The notes beneath the pieces are model-generated. The model did not search any database. It saw only the letters and a list, made by a program, of their open reading frames with translations, and was not told where the DNA came from. Below, in pieces: positions 9,138 to 18,919 of a stretch of DNA of 64,000 bases (position 1 is the stretch's first letter; the number at the start of each line of letters is the position of its first letter). Source of the stretch: an uncultured delta proteobacterium (GTDB lineage Bacteria; Desulfobacterota; RBG-13-43-22); contig CAWBOS010000015.1 in the NCBI GenBank assembly GCA_963790475.1, positions 128,001-192,000 on the forward strand, written 5' to 3'. The translations under genes and the position numbers were made by a program.

Positions 9138-9863
9138 TCAGGCCTCTTTGCTTCCGCTCGGTCCGGTCAGATAAAGAATTCGAAGACAACTGGGGCAAGG
9201 AATAATTTTATCCTTGCGATGCAGTTCATTATACAATTGAGGGGGAATCTGGATGTGGCAACTCAGACAGGTTGCGTCCTTGACTTCGGCTACAGCCACC
9301 CCTTTTAAACGGTCTTTTAAAAATTCATATTGTTTTAAAAGAGGGGAATCGATCCGGGAGGTAAGTTCCTGTCTCTTTTGATTTATAGCCAAGAGTTCTT
9401 TCTCATAGGCCTGGCGTTCTTTCTCCAACTGATCTTTTTTTAGTTTTCCTTCAGCGGTCTTGGCTTCAACGGTTTTTTTCAAGGCTTTCTCTTTCTGAAT
9501 ACCTTCTTCCAACTTTTCCATCAATTCCAACAAAAGGTCCTCCTTGCCGCCCCTACTCTTTTTTAATTCATCGGTCTCGGTCAGCATCGCCTTGTATTCT
9601 TTGTTGGTTTTGACCTCCATCAACTTAACCTGACTTTTTTTGATCTTTTGATCACTCTCTTCAATTTCCCGCTCCAAACTTTTTCGTTGTTTCTTCAGGC
9701 CTTCTATCTCCTGGTTAAAGGCCTGAAAGGTTTCCTGGACCTCCTGGATTTCCTGATCGACCTGTTGCATCTTCTTGGGGTTTTCTTCCGAAGTTAAAAG
9801 AAGATCCTGAATGGATTTGTCTAGTTGCTGTAATTGAATTAAAAAGTTTAATTGTTCTTGCAT
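9138..9863 (-). CDS. Coiled-coil protein with C4-type zinc ribbon (DUF164 type)
   Basis: Long coiled coil, CLSC...CPSC, usual position next to nif3. Confidence 0.9.
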   Translation of the reverse strand: MQEQLNFLIQLQQLDKSIQDLLLTSEENPKKMQQVDQEIQEVQETFQAFNQEIEGLKKQRKSLEREIEESDQKIKKSQVKLMEVKTNKEYKAMLTETDELKKSRGGKEDLLLELMEKLEEGIQKEKALKKTVEAKTAEGKLKKDQLEKERQAYEKELLAINQKRQELTSRIDSPLLKQYEFLKDRLKGVAVAEVKDATCLSCHIQIPPQLYNELHRKDKIIPCPSCLRILYLTGPSGSKEA

Positions 9864-9876
9864 GATATCTCCAAAA

Positions 9877-10995
9877 TTAAAAATATTTTATATAAGGATC
9901 ACCGGGATTCATATCTTCCAGGATTTTCATCCCCCAATCATCCAACTGACTTGCTTTTCTCAGGATCCCGGCCAAGGCCGGTATCACCCATTTTTCCGAT
10001 GGGTAATGACCGATCTCCAACAGGGTCAAGGTCTGTCCCTGTTGAGAAACCATGGGATGATAACCGATCTCTCCGCAAATAAAAACCTGCGCCCCGGTCG
10101 ACAAAGCCTCGGGAATCAAGCTGCTGCCCGATCCTCCGCAAACCGCCGCCTTTCCGATCATCCGGGGAATCACTCCGCTGACCCGCACCGAAGGAGCTTC
10201 CACATCCTGTTTCAGACGTTGAATTAAGGTCTCCCAGGAAATGGGAGGATCAAATTGACCCACTCGGCCCAGCCCCACATCGGGCGAAAGGTGTTCAACC
10301 GGATAGACATCATAGGCCATTTCTTCATAGGGATGGGCCGCACGGATCTTCTCGATCAGCTCAAAGGTCCTGGTCCTTTGGATCAAAATCTCAAAACGCC
10401 ACTCCGATGCGCGTTGAATCCGATCGATTTTCCCCAGAAAAGGATGACTGCCCTCTTCCGGAACAAAAGTCCCTTCCCCTCGGGATTTAAAGGTACATAA
10501 GCGGTATGAACCAATCCGGTTTGCTTTCGCCTTATCCAAGACCTCCAGAATTTTTTCTTCGTAACCGATGGGAATGAAAATGACCAGTTTAACATGGTCA
10601 TGGAAACGCTTTTCAAGAGGTACGAGGTTGATTAAACCCAGACGGCGAGCCAGGGCAGCGCAGACCCCATCGGGGGCGGAATCAAGGTTGGTATGCGCTA
10701 CTAAAAGGGCGATTTCTCCCTTGGCCATACTTAAAGCGGTTCGTCCAGGTTCTTGATTGCTTTTCAAAGAATCGATCGCTTGAAAAAAAAGGGGGTGATG
10801 GCAGATTAACAGCTGCAGACCGTTTTGGACAGCCCAGGAAACGGACCGGGGGGTAGCCTCCAGGGTGATCCCGACGCGTTCAACCTGTTGTTCCGGATCC
10901 CCTAATTGTAGCCCGATGTGATCCCAGGTTTCGGCCCAGCTCGGGGGGAATCGGGCTTCCATCCATTGTTGGATTTCCCTGATTTTAGCCGGCAT
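9877..10995 (-). CDS. Nif3-like dinuclear metal center hexameric protein
   Basis: WDHIGLQLG, HHPLFF, HTNLD, HPYEE and GHYPSE motifs. ATG 10995 preferred because the longer start falls across a terminator. Confidence 0.92.
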   Translation of the reverse strand: MPAKIREIQQWMEARFPPSWAETWDHIGLQLGDPEQQVERVGITLEATPRSVSWAVQNGLQLLICHHPLFFQAIDSLKSNQEPGRTALSMAKGEIALLVAHTNLDSAPDGVCAALARRLGLINLVPLEKRFHDHVKLVIFIPIGYEEKILEVLDKAKANRIGSYRLCTFKSRGEGTFVPEEGSHPFLGKIDRIQRASEWRFEILIQRTRTFELIEKIRAAHPYEEMAYDVYPVEHLSPDVGLGRVGQFDPPISWETLIQRLKQDVEAPSVRVSGVIPRMIGKAAVCGGSGSSLIPEALSTGAQVFICGEIGYHPMVSQQGQTLTLLEIGHYPSEKWVIPALAGILRKASQLDDWGMKILEDMNPGDPYIKYF

Positions 10996-11002
10996 TTTCA
11001 AC

Positions 11003-11040
11003 AAAAAAAGGGTGCAGTCCCTTCGGGTGCACCCTTTTTT
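11003..11040. terminator. Bidirectional rho-independent terminator
   Basis: AAAAAAAGGGTGCA...TGCACCCTTTTTT. Confidence 0.75.
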
Positions 11041-11125
11041 CACTTTGAACCCCTGAGGGTTTGATTGATAGAAACTTTCTAACTCCCATAATAACGGACC
11101 ATATAATCTGCCAAAGCATTTGAAC

Positions 11126-11201
11126 TGGTGGGCCCACCTGGCCTCGAACCAGGGACCTTCCGGTTATGAGCCGGTGGCTCTTCCAACTGAGCTATGGGCC
11201 C
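11126..11201 (-). tRNA. tRNA with CAT anticodon, probably Ile2 (lysidine)
   Basis: GGGCCCATAGCTCAG...CTCATAA...GGGCCCACCA, 76 nt, downstream of rpoD. Confidence 0.9.
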
Positions 11202-11369
11202 TGACCTTTTTTGACATAAAAAAATGATCATATTTAATTTTATAACAGAAGTCAATAAAGAACAATAAACGGAATTCGTTTTCCAGGTAAGATTCAGTCA
11301 ATAGGCCCTTAGTATTTCTATTTCTTTTCAGATACCAACAGAAATCTTATTAAATATTTTATCAAAATC

Positions 11370-13112
11370 CTACTCCACAAAGGACTTCAACCTCTTGCTT
11401 CGGCTGGGATGACGTAATTTCCGCAAGGCCTTGGCCTCGATCTGACGGATCCGCTCCCGGGTGACATCGAAATCACGCCCCACCTCTTCCAGGGTATGGT
11501 CGGCCCTTTCTCCGATACCGAAACGCATGCGCAACACCTTTTCTTCACGCGGGGTCAAGGTGGACAACACCCGTTGGGTCTGTTCGGATAGATTCAACCG
11601 GATCACGGCCTCGGACGGCGACAAAATCTTTTTGTCCTCGATAAAATCCCGAAGATGGCTGTCTTCCTCTTCTCCGATCGGGGTCTCCAGTGAAATAGGT
11701 TCCTTTGCGATTTTCAAGACCTTCCGGACTTTGTCTAAAGGGAATTCCATACGATCGGCGATTTCCTCGGGCGTTGGTTCCCGCCCCAATTCCTGGACCA
11801 GATAACGGGCCGTCCGTATCAATTTGTTGATGGTTTCGATCATGTGTACCGGAATGCGAATCGTACGGGCCTGATCGGCAATAGCCCGGGTAATGGCCTG
11901 CCGAACCCACCAGGTGGCGTAGGTGCTGAATTTATAACCCCGTTGATATTCAAATTTATCCACGGCCTTCATCAGCCCGATGTTCCCCTCCTGGATCAAG
12001 TCCAGGAATTGAAGCCCACGGTTGGTATATTTCTTGGCAATGCTGACCACCAGTCGCAGATTGGCCTCTATCAATTCGGCCTTGGCATCCCGGGCCTTGA
12101 TTTCTCCCTCATCAACCTGTTTGATAATCTTCTTAAGGGCCTTGGAGGTCATCTTGGATTCCTGTTCCACCCTTCTTATCTTCCGCTCCCCGTTGCGGAT
12201 TTTCTTGTCGATTTCTAAAAGATTATCCTTGTGAAGGCCGGTCTGGCGGGTCAGGGATCTGGCCTGACCTTCCTTCTTTAATTTGCGAAGGGCTTTTTTC
12301 AAATCCTGCAGAGCCAAGCTGGTCTTCTCGGCACAGTCTTCAATCTCCCGTTCTCCTTTTTCGATTCGATCGGCAAATCCTTTCAGTTTATTGATAATAC
12401 GATCAATCTGCCGTTTATCCAGACGAAGCTCTTTGAGCTGTTCGACAATCAGTAATTTATTGTCTTCAATCTTATCTCGGGCCTTTTTTCTGCGGGGAAG
12501 GGGGAGATCGTGATTGAGTTTCTCCATGAGCTTTCTGTTTTTTTCATATAGTTCGGCGACCTCGGCAAAAAGCTGCAACACCTTTTTTCGATGCGCTTCG
12601 GTTTCTATGAAGGGATCTTCATCATCCATATCTCGAACTATTTCTCTGAGTTTAATCACGCCTTGCTGGAACTTCTCCCCCAGCGATAGGATTTCCTTGA
12701 TCCCTACCGGGGAATCCAGGAGGGCATCGATAACCTCATGTTTTCCTTCTTCGATCCTTTTGGCGATTTCCACCTCACCCTCGCGGGTCAAGAGGGAATA
12801 AAACCCCATTTCTTTTAGATACATCTTGACCGGATCGTTGATTTTAATTCCAATTTCCGGCCCCCATTTCAGTTCCTCTTCCTCTTCCTCGATACGATCC
12901 TCATCAATCTTCTCTTTAGCCCTGACTCGAGGGGCCCCTTCCAGAATTTGAATATCCGTTTCGTCAAAAAGATAGATCATATCGTCGATCGGTTCGGTCC
13001 CGACCAGTTCGGGGGGAAGGGCTTCTTCGGTTTCCTCTAGATCGAGAAATTCCTTTTCTTTGGTCAGGGAAATCATTTTATTGAGTTCATCCATTGTGTT
13101 GTCTTTGGCCAT
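11370..13112 (-). CDS. rpoD: RNA polymerase sigma factor RpoD
   Basis: [27 protein letters not shown] and [10 protein letters not shown] motifs. Confidence 0.99.
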   Translation of the reverse strand: MAKDNTMDELNKMISLTKEKEFLDLEETEEALPPELVGTEPIDDMIYLFDETDIQILEGAPRVRAKEKIDEDRIEEEEEELKWGPEIGIKINDPVKMYLKEMGFYSLLTREGEVEIAKRIEEGKHEVIDALLDSPVGIKEILSLGEKFQQGVIKLREIVRDMDDEDPFIETEAHRKKVLQLFAEVAELYEKNRKLMEKLNHDLPLPRRKKARDKIEDNKLLIVEQLKELRLDKRQIDRIINKLKGFADRIEKGEREIEDCAEKTSLALQDLKKALRKLKKEGQARSLTRQTGLHKDNLLEIDKKIRNGERKIRRVEQESKMTSKALKKIIKQVDEGEIKARDAKAELIEANLRLVVSIAKKYTNRGLQFLDLIQEGNIGLMKAVDKFEYQRGYKFSTYATWWVRQAITRAIADQARTIRIPVHMIETINKLIRTARYLVQELGREPTPEEIADRMEFPLDKVRKVLKIAKEPISLETPIGEEEDSHLRDFIEDKKILSPSEAVIRLNLSEQTQRVLSTLTPREEKVLRMRFGIGERADHTLEEVGRDFDVTRERIRQIEAKALRKLRHPSRSKRLKSFVE

Positions 13113-13122
13113 GGGTTCTCCT

Positions 13123-14917
13123 TTATCCTTTTGAGGAGACGAGAATTTCTTTTCTCCTTTGGAGCAAATCTTTTTTCAAAACTAACAGGGATTTCAACTC
13201 TTCGGTAATCCCGGACTTTTCTTTCAACCGGATCTCACGATAAAGGGCTTTTTCCTGCTGTTGCAGTTGTCTCAAATGAATCCGTTTAATCAGGTCAAAC
13301 AAAAAAGCTTCTTCATCTTTTTGATCCACGAAAGCCCGGATGGCCAGGGAGGAAACCCGGTTTTTCAAAGCCTGATCATCGAGATAGTTGAGCAAAAGGC
13401 TGGGGTTCACCTCGCCCTGTTGCTGAAAAGTTTTCTGTATGGTTTCATAAATAGTTCTGGCTTCCGGCGACTCGAAAAAGTCCCCTCGGTCCTCATTCAA
13501 GAGTATGGAAGCGGCCTGCGGTATCCTCATGATCGCCTCGATCATATGCCACTCCAGACCGGGGACCTGTTCCTCCTTTAAGGAATTTTGAATTCGACCG
13601 GATCCCCGGCGAGGCCCCTTGGGTTCCTTCAAGGACCTCCAGAGAACTGATTCAGGGATCTTCAGTTTATCGCTCACCAGACCGGCATAATAAGCCCGTT
13701 CCACCTCCGAATTCAAGGCCTTCAGGTGGGGCACCAAACGCTCCACCATTCGGGCCTGATCCAAGACCTGCGGCCTGACCTCTTTGATCTGTTGATTAAA
13801 AAAGAAGGTCATCATAGGCTCGGCCTGTTCAATTTCGGCGGCGAATCGTTCCGGACCTACCTCTAAAAGATAACTGTCCGGATCGGTATTGGGCGGAAGG
13901 ACCTTGATCCTGGCGGTTACCCCTTCCTGTTGAAAAAGGGAAACGCTTCTTAAAGCGGCCTGAACACCAGGGGCATCGCCGTCAAAAAGGAGGAGCAGAT
14001 CCTCGGCCATCCCCTTCAGTTTCCGAATCTGAAAAGAACTCAGGGCGGTTCCAAGAGTGGCCACGGTTTGCTTGAACCCCTTCAGGTGTAAAGATAATAA
14101 GTCGAAATAGCCTTCAACGATGATCGCCTGGTTCAGCTTTCGAATCATCGGTGCGGCTTGAGACAGCCCATAAAGAACACGCCCTTTATTGAAGATGGCC
14201 GATTCCGGAGAATTGAGATACTTAGGGGTTTCCTGGCCCAAGGCCCGGCCCCCGAATCCGATCACCCGCTTCTGTTCGTCAAAGATCGGGAAAATGAGCC
14301 GGTTTCTGAATCGATCATAATGACCGCCCTTTTCCTTTTTGATGATCAAACCCGATTGTTCCCAAAGGGGAAGGGGGACTTTTTCCCGAGCAATAAATGA
14401 AACCAGTCTATCCCATCCTTCCGGGGCATATCCCAGATAAAATTCCTCGGCTATCCGGCCGTTCATCTTCCGGAACTTAAGATATTCCCGGCCTTTTTGG
14501 CCTATTTTTTCTTTCATTAAAAGATGATGATAAAATTCAGACGCCCGGACATGAAGATTTCGCAGGGCCTCTTTAATCCCTTGTCCGTCCTCGGAAACAC
14601 GATCCGGTTGCGCTCTTGGGCAACGGAATTCTCAGGCGCTCGGCGAGTTCGCTAACCGTTTCCGGAAAACTCAGATGGTGATAGTGCATGAAAAAGGTAA
14701 AGACATTTCCGCCCAGCCCGCACCCGAAACAGTGGAAAATCTGCTTTTCTTCATTGACCATGAATGAAGGGGTCTTTTCCGGATGAAAAGGGCATAATCC
14801 CTGAAAATTTCGACCCGTCTTTTTTAAGGCAACGACCTCCGAAACAACGTTTACCAAGTTGACGGCATCTTTGATCTGAGTAATAAAAGATTCAGGAAAG
14901 AAAGAAGTCTTAGGCAT
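13123..14917 (-). CDS. dnaG: DNA primase (frameshift near 14600)
   Basis: CPFH...HCFGC zinc finger in one frame. KYLNSPE, VEGYFD and DGDAPG TOPRIM motifs in the next. Confidence 0.96.
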
Positions 14918-15054
14918 TGCTGGCTTCCAGTAAAATGAAGATTCCCCGGCCGCCGATGGCGGGCAGGGAATCTTCAACAATGAGGAATCATTTTATCTAA
15001 ATGAAACCAGAAGGGTTAAATCGTATCCGACCATAAAAACTCAACCCCTTGATC

Positions 15055-15198
15055 GATGGCTTTTAAAAACGTCCCCTTTTGCCCAATGACGTTGATAGAC
15101 TCAACTCTTAATTCTCGAAATTCTGCAGGCCTTCCGGTCATTAAGATTCTTGTCTTCCTTGAACTTGAACAAAATTGAACTTTTTTCAAAACGCTCTA
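15055..15198. repeat. Degenerate intergenic MITE/REP-like element
   Basis: Begins GATGGCTTTTAAAAA and ends TTTTTTCAAAACGCTC. Ends resemble those of the element at 35887. Confidence 0.4.
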
Positions 15199-15270
15199 AG
15201 GCATCCTATTCTGCTCGAATAAGGAAATCGCAACCGAGGTCCCTTGGCGCTTCAGGAAGGATTTTTCCTC

Positions 15271-15720
15271 CTAGGTGGAGGAAAGTTTTTGTTTGACAAT
15301 GGCCTGAACCGTTTGACCTTCTGCCCGACCGGCCAGCCGAGCCATAGCCGCTTTCATAACCTTGCCCATATCCTTTATCCCTGAAGCCTCGAGCTCCAGG
15401 ATAATTTGAGCGATACTCTGTTCGATCTCCAGAGGGGTGGCCTGGACCGGCAGGAAACCGGAAAATATTTCTATCTCAGCCTTCTCTTTTTCAGACAGAT
15501 CCATTCGCCTGCCTTTTTCAAATTGTTCGACGGCCTCTTTCCCCTGCCGGATCATCCCCTTTATCACAGAAATGATTTCCTGATCGTCCAGTTTTCCGCG
15601 CCGTTCGATTTCTTTATTTTTTAAGGCCGCCCGAAGCATCCGCAGGGCGGAAAGTCTCGGTTTGTCTTGAGTCTTTAAGGCTATTTTGAAACCTTCTTCA
15701 ATGTCCTGAATCAAGCTCAT
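15271..15720 (-). CDS. GatB/YqeY domain protein
   Basis: LRMLRAALKNKEIE and KDMGKVM motifs, upstream of dnaG. Confidence 0.95.
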   Translation of the reverse strand: MSLIQDIEEGFKIALKTQDKPRLSALRMLRAALKNKEIERRGKLDDQEIISVIKGMIRQGKEAVEQFEKGRRMDLSEKEKAEIEIFSGFLPVQATPLEIEQSIAQIILELEASGIKDMGKVMKAAMARLAGRAEGQTVQAIVKQKLSST

Positions 15721-15779
15721 GGTCTAAAATCCGGTAAATTATGTTTAATCTTATAAGTATAAGTAGTAATTGTTAAATG

Positions 15780-16535
15780 TCAAGAGAAAATAATGGCCTG
15801 AGAGGGGGTGTTCTTTTTGAGCCAGCCGATGGCTTCCGCAAGGTTCAAGCTGCCGCTGTAAATCGCCCGGCCGGTGATCATCCCCACCAGTCCGTCGGCT
15901 CCCAGGGGGGCCAGACTTTGGACATCGGCCATATTGGCAATGCCTCCGGCGGCAATCACCGGAAGGCGGGTGGCTTGAGCCAGTCTGCGGGTGGATGAAA
16001 TGGATGGACCTTGCTGGGTTCCGTCCCGGGAGATATCTGTGAAAATGAGGGCCTTTACCCCCCAGTTTTCGTAGGACTTGACCAGATCGATGGGATCGAT
16101 ATCGGAAAGCTCGGTCCAGCCTTCCACGGCGATTCGATTGTCCCGGGCATCCAGGCTGACCATGATCTGTTCTGGGAACAACCGGCAGGCTTCCTGGACC
16201 AGCGAAGGATGTTTTAATGCGGCCGTCCCTAATATGACCTGAGCCAATCCCAGAGAAAGATAACCATCCACCGTTTTCAGGTCCCGGATCCCTCCCCCAA
16301 GCTGAACCGGTATGGGTGTTGCTTCAACGATCTCCCTGATGATGGACTTATTCCGGGGTCCTTTTTCAAAGGCCCCATCCAGATCGATGATATGAAGGCG
16401 TTCGGCCCCCTGTTCAACCCATTGCCGGGCCATTTCCTGGGGATGCTCCGAAAAAACGGTCTCGGCATCGGCTCGCCCTTCCCGGAGCCTGACACACCGG
16501 CCGCCCTTTATATCCACAGCGGGGATGATGATCAT
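15780..16535 (-). CDS. hisA: ProFAR isomerase
   Basis: IIPAVDIKGGRCVRL, LGGGIR and TDISRDG motifs. Confidence 0.97.
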   Translation of the reverse strand: MIIIPAVDIKGGRCVRLREGRADAETVFSEHPQEMARQWVEQGAERLHIIDLDGAFEKGPRNKSIIREIVEATPIPVQLGGGIRDLKTVDGYLSLGLAQVILGTAALKHPSLVQEACRLFPEQIMVSLDARDNRIAVEGWTELSDIDPIDLVKSYENWGVKALIFTDISRDGTQQGPSISSTRRLAQATRLPVIAAGGIANMADVQSLAPLGADGLVGMITGRAIYSGSLNLAEAIGWLKKNTPSQAIIFS

Positions 16536-16587
16536 TTAAAAAATAAATAAAAACTCAAAATTTAAAGTTCAAAGTTCAAAGATGAGT

Positions 16588-16876
16588 AACTCGTAATGAG
16601 TCGCCGAAAGCCAAATTTCGTCATTCTGGTCCGCATCAAGCGCGGAATAGACTCCAGAATCCAGTATGTTAAAGCAGTTAGAATTTTCCTGGACCCCGGT
16701 GCCTGTCCCGGACCTGATACGGGATTCACCGAGGTGACGACTTTTTACGATTTCACAAAATTATCGGACTCGCGAAAAGTCCTCATTCCCACTCAGACGG
16801 GAACTCTGCCCAAACAATCTATTTTCAAACCTGTATTCCCGCTCCCCGGTCATGTCGAGAACAGGCTTAAGGGAAA
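16588..16876. repeat. Clustered palindromic REP/MITE-like elements between hisB and hisA
   Basis: TCGTAATGAGTCG...CGACTTTTTACGA inverted ends, internal CGTCATT..GAATCCAG..CTGGACCCCGG..GTGACG, followed by a second decayed copy. Confidence 0.5.
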
Positions 16877-16958
16877 TTAAAAAAATGGGATAAAGCGGGG
16901 TCTTTTTTAGCAGACGATCAAAAATAACGAGGAGATACCCTTTCGATTATTTTCGTCA

Positions 16959-17561
16959 TCAAAGGATCCCCTTAGTCGAACGAACGGCCTTTAGGCCTGC
17001 CTGGATCTGACTGGCTTCCGCGATGGCCCGTCCAAAGCCTTTAAACATAGCTTCAATGATATGATGAATATTTTCTCCGCCCAGAACCTTCAGATGAAGG
17101 GTAAGGCCGGCCCGGTTGACCAGGGCCTGGAAAAATTCCTTGATCAAGCCCGTATCAAAACCCTCCACTCGAACTTTACGTGGTTTCCAGCCGTAAGAAA
17201 GATGGGGTCGCCTGGAGATATCAACGGCCGTCATGACCAGGGCCTCGTCCATGGGCAGAATAGAACTTCCATATCGCTTAAGCCCTTTAAAATCTCCCCA
17301 GCATTGATTGAAGGCGTCTCCCAGGCAAATACCGATATCTTCGACCGTATGATGAAACCCCACCTCAATGTCTCCCTGGGCCTTCAGATCGAGGTCCAAT
17401 AAACCGTGGTGGCTCATCAACTCCAGCATATGATTCAGGAAAGAGACCGGTGATTGTATCCGGCTTATTCCTTTACCATCCAGCACCAGTTTCAGCCGGA
17501 TTTGGGTCTCCCGGGTATCTCGCACGATAAGGGCTTTTCGTGATTTTTTAGTGTTGATCAT
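16959..17561 (-). CDS. hisB: Imidazoleglycerol-phosphate dehydratase
   Basis: HHTVED, PMDEAL, HHIIE and STKG motifs. Confidence 0.97.
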   Translation of the reverse strand: MINTKKSRKALIVRDTRETQIRLKLVLDGKGISRIQSPVSFLNHMLELMSHHGLLDLDLKAQGDIEVGFHHTVEDIGICLGDAFNQCWGDFKGLKRYGSSILPMDEALVMTAVDISRRPHLSYGWKPRKVRVEGFDTGLIKEFFQALVNRAGLTLHLKVLGGENIHHIIEAMFKGFGRAIAEASQIQAGLKAVRSTKGIL

Positions 17562-17674
17562 GATATCGAATTAGCTTTTGAAATTAGAAAAATTCTATTA
17601 GACAGGATTGAACCTGAGTAAAAACAAAGATATCCTGTTAATCCTGTCAGACTCGCCTATTGTCTGTTTTTATT

Positions 17675-17750
17675 TGGTGGAGATGGGGGGGATCGAACCC
17701 CCGGCCTGTACATTGCGAACGTACCGCTCTCCCATCTGAGCTACATCCCC
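17675..17750 (-). tRNA. tRNA-Ala(CGC)
   Basis: GGGGATGTAGCTCAG...TTCGCAA loop...CTCCACCA, 76 nt. Confidence 0.93.
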
Positions 17751-17936
17751 ACTAAAATCAGGGGCCAAGGGTTCGAGGGCTCAGGGATTCCAGTGAAAGG
17801 CCTGGAACTATAACCCTTGAACACTGGGCTCCTTGAACCCATCTTTGTTGCCTTTTTACTATATCAAAAAAAATTGACAATTCATCAAAAAAAAACTATA
17901 ATTCATTTTTTATTTATTTTCAATGAGGAGGTTTCT

Positions 17937-18221
17937 TTGGCTAATCATCCCTCGGCCCTAAAAAGGGCCAAACAAAACAAGGTTCGCCGTTTACGGAATG
18001 CGAGCATGAAATCCAGTATAAAAACAAAGGTTAAACAATATCTTCAAACCCTGGAGACTTCACCCAAAGAATCAGCATCCCCGGCCTTGATTGAGGCTGT
18101 TTCTTTAATTAATCGAGCCGGTTCCAAAGGAATTTTACATCAGCGAACGGCCTCACGAAAGATTTCCAGGCTTTCAAAAAAACTCAACAAAATATCCGAT
18201 CAACCCGCTGCCCAAGCCTAA
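17937..18221 (+). CDS. rpsT: 30S ribosomal protein S20
   Basis: GAGGAGG RBS, TTG start, ANHPSALKRAKQ...KGILHQRTASRKISRL. Confidence 0.96.
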   Translation: MANHPSALKRAKQNKVRRLRNASMKSSIKTKVKQYLQTLETSPKESASPALIEAVSLINRAGSKGILHQRTASRKISRLSKKLNKISDQPAAQA

Positions 18222-18748
18222 AAATTCTCCAGGATCGAGTTATGGATCCGTTCGGAGAGATCTTGAGCGATTTTTTTGATCGCATCTTGTTTATTCCGCT
18301 CGGTCTGATTTGGGTCGGTTGTTACCGAATAGACCTCATATCTCGACAAATTCTGGTTTTGCCAGAGGACCTTTTGATTATCTGATCGCCGGCATGTTAT
18401 TTCCAGGGTAACGGTCACCCTTCTCTGCAGGGCCTGAGTCAAGGTGGCATAAATGACCGGATCTATGGCTATGGATTTAATTTTTCCGATGATTTGGGCC
18501 TGGGCCTCCGATTCGGAAACCACCTGAAGGACTCGACTCCGGTTAAATTCATAAATCAAGGCATTGGCAAAAACTACCTCTACCCCCGCTTCGACGCTTT
18601 CATTTACAAAAACAGGAATGGATACGGCCTTGACATCAGGAGGTAGATTGTTAACTGTTCCCCGTAAACCATACCCGCAACCGGAGAAAACCATCAAAAC
18701 TAAAAATCCGGCAATTAGCCGATGACCATTCAAATAGGTTCTTTCCAC
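18218..18748 (-). CDS. lptE: LptE family LPS assembly lipoprotein
   Basis: Lipobox FSGCGY, position directly after leuS. Confidence 0.85.
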   Translation of the reverse strand: MERTYLNGHRLIAGFLVLMVFSGCGYGLRGTVNNLPPDVKAVSIPVFVNESVEAGVEVVFANALIYEFNRSRVLQVVSESEAQAQIIGKIKSIAIDPVIYATLTQALQRRVTVTLEITCRRSDNQKVLWQNQNLSRYEVYSVTTDPNQTERNKQDAIKKIAQDLSERIHNSILENF

Positions 18749-18919
18749 AAATAATCTCCTTTTTTAATGATCAGGTGTTTAGGCTGAAGACTGAAGGTCG
18801 AAGACCAAAATACAACTCATCAAGCACGAATCAAGTCCCTCAAAACAGTCCCTGGCGCTGCGATTTAAAGTTCGATCTGGTTGAAGTCTATCAGCCTTCA
18901 GTCTATCCACCTATCCAAC

